DNA of 64,000 bases from Candidatus Micrarchaeota archaeon (GTDB lineage: Archaea; Micrarchaeota; Micrarchaeia; Micrarchaeales; Micrarchaeaceae). Numbering within the stretch: position 1 is the first letter of the stretch; each line of letters starts with the position of its first letter. The position numbers and the translations under genes were made by a program. The notes beneath the pieces are model-generated. The model was not told where the DNA came from. It ran no database searches and saw only the letters and a list, made by a program, of their open reading frames with translations. Shown here one piece after another: positions 8,196 to 17,831 of the stretch. The stretch covers positions 20,434-84,433 of the forward strand of contig JAJZOR010000003.1 of NCBI GenBank assembly GCA_021811435.1, written 5' to 3'.

Positions 8196-9242
8196 CGCGG
8201 CCTTTAGGCCGAATGCGAGGGCCACAAAGCCGAATTCTATAAGCCACATGTACAGCGACACCTCCCATTCCCTGCACCGCTTCAAGTTCATTATCACGTG
8301 GGTCCAGCTGTATATCTTCTTGCCGTACGGAGGCTCGAAGGTACCGTCCTTCCTGAGCTTGCCCAGGTCAGTCACCTTGAACTTTTTCCTTGCATGGAGT
8401 ATGAATTCTATTATGTACGGTATGAAGACCACAAGTCCGAACGATTCCATGTTGCCAAGCACTGCGGCAACCACTATCACCGTACCGACACCGTACGTGA
8501 AGCTATCCCCTGGTGTAATCTTTGACGGATATATGTTGAACAGGAGAAACGCTATTATAGATGCGGAAAGCACGCCAGTCAGCAGCGCCCCTGCGTATGT
8601 GCCGTAGATTATGCTGTACAGGAACATGCCGAGCGTGATTACCAATCCTGTGCCGCCGGCTATGCCGTCAAATCCGCCGAGCAGGTTGAACGCGTTAGCA
8701 GCGAATATAACAGCAAGCGGTATTATCAGCAGAGGATATAGTAGGCCGAAATTTACGGGACCCAAGAATGGTATCCGTACCACTGTTACGCCGGCGTTTA
8801 TCGCTACCAGGGGTATGGCGCCTATCAGCGTCAGCAGTGGCTTCTGCCACTGCTTCAGCCCTTTCCTTGTGTCCATCATATCCGTTGTCATGACCGGTTT
8901 GCGCTTGACGTTTACGTCGTCGAGAAAACCCACGAACGCTACAAGCAGCACGGCGAGCAGCGCGGCGAACAGCGACTCGATGGGTGAGACAGGGGCGTAT
9001 AGGGCCGACGTTGGCGATGGGAAGCTGGCGCCGAATATGTACGTCAATATGCCTATTGTAAAGCCGAAGGCGACGGCCACGCCGCCGCTGCTAGGTACGG
9101 TTGGCTTGTCCCGCTTGTTATGGTCAGGCGATGTTATACCTGCCTCGAACATGTATGATTTTATGAAGAGTACGGCTATTACGGACAGGACAAAAGCCAC
9201 TATGCACGGTATTAGCACGGTCAAATACGTGTGATACGCCAT
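8184..9242 (-). CDS. UDP-HexNAc:dolichyl-phosphate HexNAc-1-phosphate transferase (AglH/GPT, MraY-WecA superfamily)
   Basis: GFLDDVN and NAFNLLGGFDGIAGG motifs; about 10 TM helices. Confidence 0.8.
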   Translation of the reverse strand: MAYHTYLTVLIPCIVAFVLSVIAVLFIKSYMFEAGITSPDHNKRDKPTVPSSGGVAVAFGFTIGILTYIFGASFPSPTSALYAPVSPIESLFAALLAVLLVAFVGFLDDVNVKRKPVMTTDMMDTRKGLKQWQKPLLTLIGAIPLVAINAGVTVVRIPFLGPVNFGLLYPLLIIPLAVIFAANAFNLLGGFDGIAGGTGLVITLGMFLYSIIYGTYAGALLTGVLSASIIAFLLFNIYPSKITPGDSFTYGVGTVIVVAAVLGNMESFGLVVFIPYIIEFILHARKKFKVTDLGKLRKDGTFEPPYGKKIYSWTHVIMNLKRCREWEVSLYMWLIEFGFVALAFGLKAASLL

Positions 9243-9319
9243 AGTATTACCGCGGATAGTAGCTTTAATTAATGTAAGCTATTATATTTATCGTAATTGT
9301 TGCCATTTCCAAGCGGTAT

Positions 9320-9393
9320 GCCCTTGTAGTATAACTTGGATAGAACGTGGGCTTGCGGAGCCTGTGATCCGGGTTCAAATCCCGGCAAGGGCG
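9320..9393 (+). tRNA. tRNA-Arg (anticodon GCG)
   Basis: Hand-folded. Acceptor GCCCTTG/CAAGGGC, T-arm CCGGG-TTCAAAT-CCCGG, anticodon loop TTGCGGA. The D-stem has one A-A mismatch. A TATA-like box lies ~35 nt upstream. Confidence 0.85.
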
Positions 9394-9444
9394 ATTATTT
9401 GCATTTGCGGCCGTTATTGCAATTATACCAGGTTGAAGCTTCAG

Positions 9445-9653
9445 TTACAGCGACATCCTGATGAACTCGGATATTTCGTCTTCTTCGAGGTCGAAAACGT
9501 AGCTATCCACGTGCTTCTTTGGTATGACTAGGGCCTGCCCCCTATGTTAGGGAAGATGTCAATTGAGGCAAGGTGCTTTTCGTCTTCATATATCTTGTAG
9601 GAGTGCATCTCGCCGTTGGCTATGTCGCAGAACGGGCAGTTGCGTGCAGCCAT
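9445..9653 (-). pseudogene. HIT-family hydrolase, frameshifted and C-terminally truncated
   Basis: Hand translation gives MAARNCPFCDIANGEMHSYKIYEDEKHLASIDIFPNIGG, then a frame break at a C5/G5 run (9538-9542), then ALVIPKKHVDSYVFDLEEDEISEFIRMSL and a stop. The HxHxH triad region is absent. Confidence 0.7.
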
Positions 9654-9682
9654 GGGCTTTATTACGGCTATGTGGTTATTAT

Positions 9683-10573
9683 TCACTGAATTTGCTGGCC
9701 TGATGGCGACCAGATATAGCCTATCGTGCTGTATATCAGCTTTGCTGCCAGGTAGTTGGGGGCCACGACTCCGGGTATAGGGCTCAACTCGGTGAAATCC
9801 AGGCCTATTATGTTCTTGGCCATAAGGGCGCCCTTGAGTATCTCCTTCAACCTCGTGTATGTGAACCCGCCCGGTTCTGGCGTGCCAACGCTCGGCATTT
9901 CGCTAGGGTCTAGCACGTCCAGGTCTATCGTTAGGTATATGTCCTTCAGCGTGTTGTTCCTTATGGTGTTTATGGCTTCGGCGGTACTCATGCCGTATAT
10001 GCTTTCCATGAAAAGTATGTCTTCGCCGTACTTGCTCGCGCTCTGGCCGTCTATGCTCCTCACGCCTACGCTGTAGCAGCTTTTCGCCAGCTCCCTGGCC
10101 CGCGCCATGACGCATGCATGGCAGTATTTAGTGCCGAAAAGCTCGTCCCTAGAGTCTGAATGCGCGTCGAAGTGCAGCACGGTGAAGTTCTTATCCCTCT
10201 TTGCGAGCGCGCTTATGGAGCCTATAGATATTGTGTGCTCCCCGCCAAGCAGCAATGGTATCTTGGAATCATCAAGAATCAGGGAAACCTCCTTTTCTAT
10301 CCTTCTTATCGTATTTTCTGGTGAGCTGAGGTCAGGGGCTAGCTCTTCGGTCGTGTATATGCCCACCTTGCTTGGATTGCCGCGCATCTCCTCGCTGTAT
10401 AGCTCCATGTTTCTGCTTGCTTCTATTATGGCCCTTGGTCCGTCCCTGCTTCCCGACTTGTATGTAACTGTTGAATCGTACGGCACCGGTATGACCACTA
10501 TCCTTGCAGATTTGTAATCCTGGTCCTCTAGTCCGAAAAGGTTGTACGGAGGCATGGCATTTAGTAGTTTCAT
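9683..10573 (-). CDS. speB: agmatinase (arginase family)
   Basis: GGEHTIS, HFDAHSD, and DLDVLDPS...GTPEPGG metal-binding motifs. Confidence 0.85.
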   Translation of the reverse strand: MKLLNAMPPYNLFGLEDQDYKSARIVVIPVPYDSTVTYKSGSRDGPRAIIEASRNMELYSEEMRGNPSKVGIYTTEELAPDLSSPENTIRRIEKEVSLILDDSKIPLLLGGEHTISIGSISALAKRDKNFTVLHFDAHSDSRDELFGTKYCHACVMARARELAKSCYSVGVRSIDGQSASKYGEDILFMESIYGMSTAEAINTIRNNTLKDIYLTIDLDVLDPSEMPSVGTPEPGGFTYTRLKEILKGALMAKNIIGLDFTELSPIPGVVAPNYLAAKLIYSTIGYIWSPSGQQIQ

Positions 10574-10767
10574 TGTAGCACTTGGTTAGTAGGTACGCAC
10601 ATTGTTTTAGCAGTTTTGCTTGGTTTTTAGGCTGAATCGCACGGTTATGCTAACATTCTGAGTATTAAAAAAATTTCCTTTTATTACTTGTATGCTTGTA
10701 AAGGCGATTGGTGCTTTATTTGGTACACTAAGAAAGTGTTTTTATTCTTGAGTGTGATACTAAGCCG

Positions 10768-11052
10768 GTGTATTTTATGTCAGGCAAGATAAGATGCGCG
10801 CACATATTGGTCAAGAACGAAGCGATTGCGCAGGCCGTACTAGAAAAAATAAAGCAGGGGGAGAGCTTCGCAAAGCTGGCGGAGCAGTATTCGATTGACG
10901 GCTCGAGGAAGCACGGCGGTGATCTTGGCCTGTTCGGCAGGGGCGAGATGGTAAGGCCATTTGAAGAAGCCGCATTCAAGCTGAACAAGGGGGATGTCTC
11001 CGGCATAGTAAAGACGGAATTCGGGTACCACATAATAAAGAGGCTGGAATGA
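10768..11052 (+). CDS. parvulin-type peptidyl-prolyl cis-trans isomerase
   Basis: HILV...A..., GGDLG.F.RG.M...FE.AAF.L..G..S..V.T.FGYHIIK pattern; 94 aa. Confidence 0.85.
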   Translation: MYFMSGKIRCAHILVKNEAIAQAVLEKIKQGESFAKLAEQYSIDGSRKHGGDLGLFGRGEMVRPFEEAAFKLNKGDVSGIVKTEFGYHIIKRLE

Positions 11053-12198
11053 TCACTCAATAAGCCCTAGCTTCCTGAATACACCATCGTAGAATTCGTA
11101 CGTCCTCGCGGCGGAGAATAAGCTAAGGTTTTCTTCATGCCTAATGTACTTGCTTTTGTCATTGCCGTTTAAGATTTCTAGGACCTTATCCGGCAGTTCA
11201 ACTTCAGCCTCGACCACGCACATGTCCCTGACCTCTTTTGGTATAGGGGAGTAGTCAGGAAGCACGACTGGGGTGCCCAAAGCTATACTCTCTATGGTTA
11301 TTATGCTCAGCCCTTCGCGCTCTGACATCATCAAGAAGAGGGCTGAAGTTGCTATGTCATCGTATAGCTTTGTTTTATCCTTGTCGTTGTAGAATGGCTT
11401 AAGCTTGATATTCTTTTTTATGCCAATTTCGTTTACCATTTTACGTATGTTGGCCTTTTCCGGCCCGTTACCTATTATTACGGCCCTGACATCCGGCATC
11501 GATCTAGCCACTTTTTTAACAATATTCAGGATTTCGTCTATTTTTTTCTCCTTTATTAAGCGGCCGGAGAAGATAATCTTGTGCCTCTCGTAATTGTGAT
11601 GCTTGTCTCTTATTTTGGCAAGCTTATCAGTGTCGGTAACCGGAACGAATACGCCGCCGATCCTGTGCTCGCCAATTCCACTAGCCCTTAACCTCCGCTC
11701 CACCTCTGATGAGTTTATTATATACATGTCAGCGGAGCCGAAGAAGAAGTTGACGAACATGAAAGCGATTGAGCTTAGGCGCTTACCTAGATACGCATCC
11801 CAGTATTTTTTGTCCCATATCTCAGCGACATCCATTATCATCTTGCAACCTGTAATCTTACAGTATAACTTGATTATAGGAAGATGTAGATACGGGAATG
11901 CGTTCGCTTCTATTACGTCGAATTTGTATCCAAAAATCTTTACCATATTAATAGAGAATATTATAGCCTCTAGTATGGACCGCCGCCCATGAGAAAATAG
12001 CCTCTCCTGCGTGATCTTATGATAGGTGTGGTAGTGCACCTTATTGTACGTGAAGTGCCTGGCCATGCCTGGCCAGCGCATAGAGAAGAAGTGTACTTCA
12101 TACCTTTTTGCAAGTTCCATCGCCTCTATGTTTTCGATGGTGGCGACTCCGCCGATATTCCATGGATATGCGACGTCTGATACGAATGCTATTCTCAT
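11053..12198 (-). CDS. GT4-family glycosyltransferase
   Basis: MRIAFVSD...GG N-terminus and the EREGLSIITIE (E-x7-E) motif. Confidence 0.8.
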   Translation of the reverse strand: MRIAFVSDVAYPWNIGGVATIENIEAMELAKRYEVHFFSMRWPGMARHFTYNKVHYHTYHKITQERLFSHGRRSILEAIIFSINMVKIFGYKFDVIEANAFPYLHLPIIKLYCKITGCKMIMDVAEIWDKKYWDAYLGKRLSSIAFMFVNFFFGSADMYIINSSEVERRLRASGIGEHRIGGVFVPVTDTDKLAKIRDKHHNYERHKIIFSGRLIKEKKIDEILNIVKKVARSMPDVRAVIIGNGPEKANIRKMVNEIGIKKNIKLKPFYNDKDKTKLYDDIATSALFLMMSEREGLSIITIESIALGTPVVLPDYSPIPKEVRDMCVVEAEVELPDKVLEILNGNDKSKYIRHEENLSLFSAARTYEFYDGVFRKLGLIE

Positions 12199-12226
12199 TT
12201 TACCAGCTATGTAGAAGTAAAAGCAA

Positions 12227-13762
12227 CTAGGTGCCCGAATTAGTTTCGTTATCGTAAAATTGTATTAAATAGGTTAACCCGTCATTCAGGAATGAATAAT
12301 TTGATATTATAGGATGCGCTAAAATATATGGTACCTTGATTATATGGGTTATTGGTATTTTTTGGTAATAAGAAGCTGAGACGGACACATTTGCTTGTGC
12401 GGGCCCAGGCGTTACCAGCGCATAATATATGCAGCTTTCATTTGACATGGGTACTCTCAGTTCGATAGCGGTTTTATTCAATTCGCTGATATTACTGTTT
12501 GATAGGAATTTGCTTAGATAGTACGGATAGGTCTGGGTTATGCCCCATATCAATGAGGTAGCCTGCGATAGATTAGAAAGTCCACCTAAAACGAAAGCGC
12601 TTATTGTTTTGTTTGCAGTTATTTCGATTGTGGCGGACATGGCCACAGAAGGCGTGCAGTAAGATTCGGTTGAATAATACGGGCTTAGGGATGTATAAAA
12701 TCCATAGGTTGCGTTCTTTTCTTCATCCTTATAAGCTGTTATTGTCTTATTTATGCTCATATTGCTGAAAACGCCGCGTATTTGGCCAAAAGTTGCTTTC
12801 AAGTCGGTATACGTCTTTATATCGCTGGATTGGTTATATGGCTGATAAGCTGACGCTATAGAAGAGTCCAGCCTTGCATCGTTAGGTAAAAAGACTAACC
12901 TTATATGCTCCGTAGTGTATGGAGCTATCTTATTCAGTGACAGCGCTATGTATACCGAAGTTTGATTTGCGTATTTAGAAAATGGTATCCCAGTGCCATT
13001 CTGATAAAAAAAACGCACGTTGCTGAGATTGTTATTTGCGCCGTAATACTCGAAGTCTGAATAAACGGTATGGTTAATCGCTAAATTATAAATTAAAGTG
13101 CTAGGGGTTGAAATATTATTGGTGTTAAACAGCGTTATGTTTATGTAAGGCAGGCCGCTCAAAATTAGATGCGGACCGGCAGGCCATATCGGGGCTATTA
13201 GTAGTACAAGACCGGCTATGAGTACAAATGGCGTTATAACATTTGATTCATGGATCGATAACATTCTTACTTTCTTACTCGTTCTCATTTTGCCAGCTTT
13301 AACGATTAGGGTTATTAGCATAGATATAACTGCACTTATAAGCAGGTAATATCCGATAACTGCGACGTTAATTGCAAGGAAGCCGAACTGATTGAATTTG
13401 ATAATATAAAGTAGTAGCGGCATCACTAATGCCAAATATGAGTACGGTGTCAAAGCTTTTGGAACAAGATACGGAATTACGATTGTGGCTATAATTATAA
13501 TAATTGCATAAATAGGCAGTAGACTAGAGATGTTCACAAAATATATAATTTCGCTAGAAGAGATAAGTATTACAGCAATTATTATAGCGTTCTCTGTGTA
13601 ATTTTTATGACTTGAAAGCAAAAAACCAAGTCCGATGAATATAATGAGCGAATATAATATCATAGTGCTATTATTAAGTACAATAAAATATGCCAAGAAT
13701 ATTGAGGTTAGCATTCCGTATATAAAAATGGTAAAATTCTTGACGGCATTTTTTTTATACAT
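12227..13762 (-). CDS. polytopic membrane protein with a sequon-rich extracellular C-terminal domain
   Basis: Several N-terminal TM helices. I count 18 N-x-S/T sequons in the last ~310 residues. No family recognised. Confidence 0.6.
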   Translation of the reverse strand: MYKKNAVKNFTIFIYGMLTSIFLAYFIVLNNSTMILYSLIIFIGLGFLLSSHKNYTENAIIIAVILISSSEIIYFVNISSLLPIYAIIIIIATIVIPYLVPKALTPYSYLALVMPLLLYIIKFNQFGFLAINVAVIGYYLLISAVISMLITLIVKAGKMRTSKKVRMLSIHESNVITPFVLIAGLVLLIAPIWPAGPHLILSGLPYINITLFNTNNISTPSTLIYNLAINHTVYSDFEYYGANNNLSNVRFFYQNGTGIPFSKYANQTSVYIALSLNKIAPYTTEHIRLVFLPNDARLDSSIASAYQPYNQSSDIKTYTDLKATFGQIRGVFSNMSINKTITAYKDEEKNATYGFYTSLSPYYSTESYCTPSVAMSATIEITANKTISAFVLGGLSNLSQATSLIWGITQTYPYYLSKFLSNSNISELNKTAIELRVPMSNESCIYYALVTPGPAQANVSVSASYYQKIPITHIIKVPYILAHPIISNYSFLNDGLTYLIQFYDNETNSGT

Positions 13763-13780
13763 TCATTACACCCTTTTTAT

Positions 13781-16132
13781 TTAGGTTTTAGATATTTTGT
13801 TAGTCTTGTTAGTTTGGTATGCCTGGGTTTTATTTCTTTTGCCGTTTCCCACCGATCTTAGCCGATTAATTTTGAGCCAAGTATATAGCAGGTAAAGTGT
13901 TATTCCTAGGCCGATAAAGCTTATGCCCCAAGCTATCAATGCGATCGTTTGTGATGTGTAGTATAACGTTATTGTGTAGTTACCAAGCTTGTTGACATAC
14001 CATGCATTCGCGAAGCCATTGACCAGTATATGATTGAAATTGCTTAGTTGGGTTCCATTAGGATAAAAGGCGCCCCAGTTTGGATTGTATGTATCCCTAA
14101 AAACTAGATAGTACGGGGTTGTAGCATTTGATATATGAACTATGGTAGAGACGGGGGAGCTCTCTGTAAATGCTATCTGTGGTGGGACAAATTTACTTAT
14201 CGTTATTAAATTTGCAGGATCGGTTTGGATCCCAGAATAATTGTCATCGGATGAGTAAACAGATGAATTTTGGATATTGAACGTTTTGTTTTCTATCAGG
14301 CCAAAAATTTCACTTGTAGACGCATTTCCAAGATTTATTATATTGGATGCATAGACAAATGGCACATAATTATCATTACTGTATATTGTAGCATTGCCGA
14401 TTGTCTTTTCTAAGCTTAATCCTTTTGACGACGCTAATGTACTCTTGATAAAACTCATATTAAAAGTATAGTGGCCTATACAGTAGCAGTTGGTGTCTTG
14501 TATGGCGTCCGTCTGAAGTATTATATATTTTATGCCGAAAATCCCAAAGCCATTTGATAGATCCACATTTTTAGATAGGCTGCCACTGCTAAGTGGCAGA
14601 CCTATATATGTAGCGTATTCGTTTGACGATGGCGGATATATCAAATAATCGTAAGCTGTTTCGCCCCCGGTATAAACTGGATGTGTATATATAAAGTCAG
14701 AATAAAGGTTGACTCCGATATAGGAGGTCGTGGTCTGCCAGTTTAGGACGGACGGGAGAGTCGCAATTCCAAAATCCCCATTCTGTGAGTTTATGTATTC
14801 TGATGCATTAAATACATACGACGGAATATAGTGAAAAATTTGGATCTTGAACGATGCATTGTTAAGCAACTGGGTGTTATATGCATTTAGGTATAGGAAA
14901 CTCAATGTTATAGCTATAATTAATAGTACAGAAAACCACTTTAGATAAAGACTTTTTCTAATAACTGGTTTATTGCATATTATTGCGACGCCTACGCCGA
15001 ATAGAATTGAGAATAGCGCGGCGACAAAGTAATATAATTCAAGGGATGGGGTATTGATTACTTTGATATATGGGAATGCGGATAGAATCGTATCGAAAAC
15101 TGGATTGAACGGCTTGCCGTACATTGATCCTAGGCCGGCCAATATTATATATGCGATGAATAAACCTAAAATTAGTCGGCTATTAATGCTACGCCTTCTG
15201 AAAATCGCGATTATAGCGAATAGACTTATTGCAAATATTGGGATTAAAGTTAGAGATATATAGTTGGTAAGTAGATAGACAGGGAATGGGGCGAATAGAA
15301 ATAAATTTTCTACAATTAGGGATGCAGGCGGATCAAAGGAAGAAAAATGTTCATTGAAGTATCCGGTATACCCACTTTTAGAAAAGAAAGCTGGATTGAT
15401 AATCCACGATGCATTTATTAGTAATGCGATTAAAAATATTGCCAGAAGTGATTTGAAGTGCGACACTCTGACACCTCTTCTTGCTGTTATTATTATTGTG
15501 ACGGATAAGACTATGATAATGAAGGAGTTTTGAAGCAGGTACCCTGCCCCATCTACTGAGAAAAGACAGGCAAGGCTGAGAATCGAGAGAGGAAAGTAAA
15601 TGTTTGCCGCGTGCTTATTTGCCTCTGCCACTTTTACGTATCGGATTAGAAAAAGCAGGGTAATTGGGAATAGCAAAGCAGGGATTAGTATAGTGTATCT
15701 AATTATGGGAAGTGAAAAAAGTATCGCGCCAATAAGTCCGCCAAAATTTGATTGAAATGGCCCAATATCTTTAGTAATTTCTTTTATTAAAAGAAACGTG
15801 CCCACAGCACCTATAGTGAATATTAGCCAGAGCGATAGGATTAATCCTAAAATTATATTAGTAATACGTGATACAACATCGCCAAAAAGGTTGAAGATGA
15901 TTAATGGTATTGAATTAACTATACTTGTTACTCCGGTATATTCTATATTTGACCATGTAAATAGGGATCGATAAACGTCAACAAAATGGTAAGTAGGCGG
16001 AGGATTATCATTGTATATTAAATAGCTAAATTGTGTGAATGACAGGACGTTAATTAAAATAATTATAGAGAGTAATATGCATAAAATAGCCGTATATCTT
16101 TTAGGGATGCATTTTAGTGTTTTTTTAATCAT
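13781..16132 (-). CDS. large polytopic membrane protein, probable GT-C-type (YfhO-like) glycosyltransferase
   Basis: 783 aa, more than 10 TM helices, and a large sequon-rich external domain. It ends ...YNPNWGAFYPNG...ILVNGFANAW...TITLYY plus a terminal TM, like the YfhO/GT-C C-terminus (recollection). Confidence 0.5.
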   Translation of the reverse strand: MIKKTLKCIPKRYTAILCILLSIIILINVLSFTQFSYLIYNDNPPPTYHFVDVYRSLFTWSNIEYTGVTSIVNSIPLIIFNLFGDVVSRITNIILGLILSLWLIFTIGAVGTFLLIKEITKDIGPFQSNFGGLIGAILFSLPIIRYTILIPALLFPITLLFLIRYVKVAEANKHAANIYFPLSILSLACLFSVDGAGYLLQNSFIIIVLSVTIIITARRGVRVSHFKSLLAIFLIALLINASWIINPAFFSKSGYTGYFNEHFSSFDPPASLIVENLFLFAPFPVYLLTNYISLTLIPIFAISLFAIIAIFRRRSINSRLILGLFIAYIILAGLGSMYGKPFNPVFDTILSAFPYIKVINTPSLELYYFVAALFSILFGVGVAIICNKPVIRKSLYLKWFSVLLIIAITLSFLYLNAYNTQLLNNASFKIQIFHYIPSYVFNASEYINSQNGDFGIATLPSVLNWQTTTSYIGVNLYSDFIYTHPVYTGGETAYDYLIYPPSSNEYATYIGLPLSSGSLSKNVDLSNGFGIFGIKYIILQTDAIQDTNCYCIGHYTFNMSFIKSTLASSKGLSLEKTIGNATIYSNDNYVPFVYASNIINLGNASTSEIFGLIENKTFNIQNSSVYSSDDNYSGIQTDPANLITISKFVPPQIAFTESSPVSTIVHISNATTPYYLVFRDTYNPNWGAFYPNGTQLSNFNHILVNGFANAWYVNKLGNYTITLYYTSQTIALIAWGISFIGLGITLYLLYTWLKINRLRSVGNGKRNKTQAYQTNKTNKISKT

Positions 16133-16704
16133 GTTTTCATCTTTTAACCAATTGTAACAATTTAGTTTGGTACTAATTTATAGCTCTTATGAGATAATGG
16201 GCTAACGCCCCTTATTGACCCTATGCAGCCTGGGCGATTCTCCGCAAACCCCAAATGATGCAATTTCTGACACACTCACTCGTAATGTACTTACATCACA
16301 GGCGTTTTCTGCTTGTGGCCCTGCGCCCTTACGTATTCCCTTGTCGTTTCGATGCCGACAGCGCCTACTACTACCATTTAGAATTTTTTAGGACTCCAGA
16401 AACTTCCATTCTGATATCGTGGCCGGAATTTTTGTTAGCATCTGAATCATGGCATGGTATTGGGTCAACACAATCTTCCGCCTTCAGGTGGTTAATAGGA
16501 GACCCAATATTGCGTAATCTCTAATTCTATGCTATAGTCGATTCCTCAAACATTTACATGTTTCTTTCGATTTATTCTTAGTGGCAGCAGTGCCGCGTCA
16601 AAACCGCGGGATTATTGTTACTAAAAGTATAACAAAAAGAAGGCATTTATCTGCATTGCGCCGAAGAGTTCAAGGAAATCTGATGTAGCGGCTGTCTTTT
16701 AAGG

Positions 16705-17751
16705 TTGAAAGGAATTGAACCCTCCAGACCACCCTGTTTTGACAAAGTATTAAAGCCTTGCACAAAGATTTTATTAAGTATAAAAATGATTAAAATGAAA
16801 AATGGAAAAGATTCTATAATATTTAATATCAGCTTAATAGATTTGCCTATAGCCTTCGGTAAGCATATTGCTGCAGAAACTATCAACTTTGCTAACATAG
16901 CACCGAAGTTGTACAAATCGATCATGTACAAGTTTGGAGTCACTAAATCTGCTGTAATCCTAGTAAATGGAGGGAGTATTACTCTTAATGATAATGAGGA
17001 GAACTTCGACTTATTAAATAGTGAAATGGTACATCCGTATCTTCCGGTAAGTATATTTAAAAATAGGGTAATTTTAAACGAGAAGGCTAAGAGGCTCGAG
17101 TTCTATTTTGACTCAAAGGCAAGGCTGGGTAATGTTCTAAACGTAATAGAGGAGGTATTCGTCAGAAAGATATACGATACACTAGATGTAAATAATAGGA
17201 TTGTAGTTGATATCGGAGGAAATGTTGGCGATACAGCGATATATTTTGCAATGAACGGTGCAAAGAAAGTTTATGTTTATGAAGCCGTGCCAAAGATTTT
17301 TAAAATATTAAAGAAGAATGTTGAGACCAATGGCTTCCGGAATAAGGTAGTTGCTTACAATGAAGCAGGTGGGAAGGGAAAGAGTATAGTTATATCCGCA
17401 GAAGAAGAAAGGGCGGGTCAGCTAATGGCTTCACAGAAAGGTATAAAGATAAGGATGGCTTCACTTGATAAGATAACTAGGAGAACGGGTGTGACAAGCG
17501 GTGCCGTACTTAAGATGGATTGTGAGGGTGCAGAATATGACCTTATACTGAACGCATCGACTAGGACACTTCATTCGTACTCTCAGATAATGATAGAGTA
17601 TCACCATGGTTATAAAGACTTAGTGAAGAGGCTTAGGGAAGAGGGCTTCAATGTCCGATATAAAAGACCAATTTACATGAGGGAAGGAGGAGGCAAAAGA
17701 CCGGAACTAATGATGGGCTTGATATGGGCCAATAGGGAACAGGTAGAGTAA
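16705..17751 (+). CDS. FkbM-family methyltransferase (true start probably ATG 16786)
   Basis: VVDIGGNVGDTAIYFA...YEAVP...N and LKMDCEGAEYDLIL. Paralog of 28748-29638. Confidence 0.8.
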   Translation: MKGIEPSRPPCFDKVLKPCTKILLSIKMIKMKNGKDSIIFNISLIDLPIAFGKHIAAETINFANIAPKLYKSIMYKFGVTKSAVILVNGGSITLNDNEENFDLLNSEMVHPYLPVSIFKNRVILNEKAKRLEFYFDSKARLGNVLNVIEEVFVRKIYDTLDVNNRIVVDIGGNVGDTAIYFAMNGAKKVYVYEAVPKIFKILKKNVETNGFRNKVVAYNEAGGKGKSIVISAEEERAGQLMASQKGIKIRMASLDKITRRTGVTSGAVLKMDCEGAEYDLILNASTRTLHSYSQIMIEYHHGYKDLVKRLREEGFNVRYKRPIYMREGGGKRPELMMGLIWANREQVE

Positions 17752-17831
17752 GATGCTAAGTATGGTAGTTGCTATAACTATTCCAATTTACATTGATAGA
17801 GGAACATTAAAAAAGCTCTTATAGTAAATTA

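Noticed and set aside
16250-16270. ATGATGC...CTGA resembling C and D' boxes of a C/D sRNA
   Set aside because: The boxes are only 5 nt apart. There are no C'/D boxes, and no terminal stem could be found.
16696-16740. CTTTTAAGGTTG resembles the IS630 end, and GGAATTGAACCC looks like a reverse-complemented tRNA T-loop
   Set aside because: The IS-like match is only ~12 nt with a gap and has no adjacent IS similarity. The putative T-stem does not pair, and no acceptor or anticodon arms can be built.
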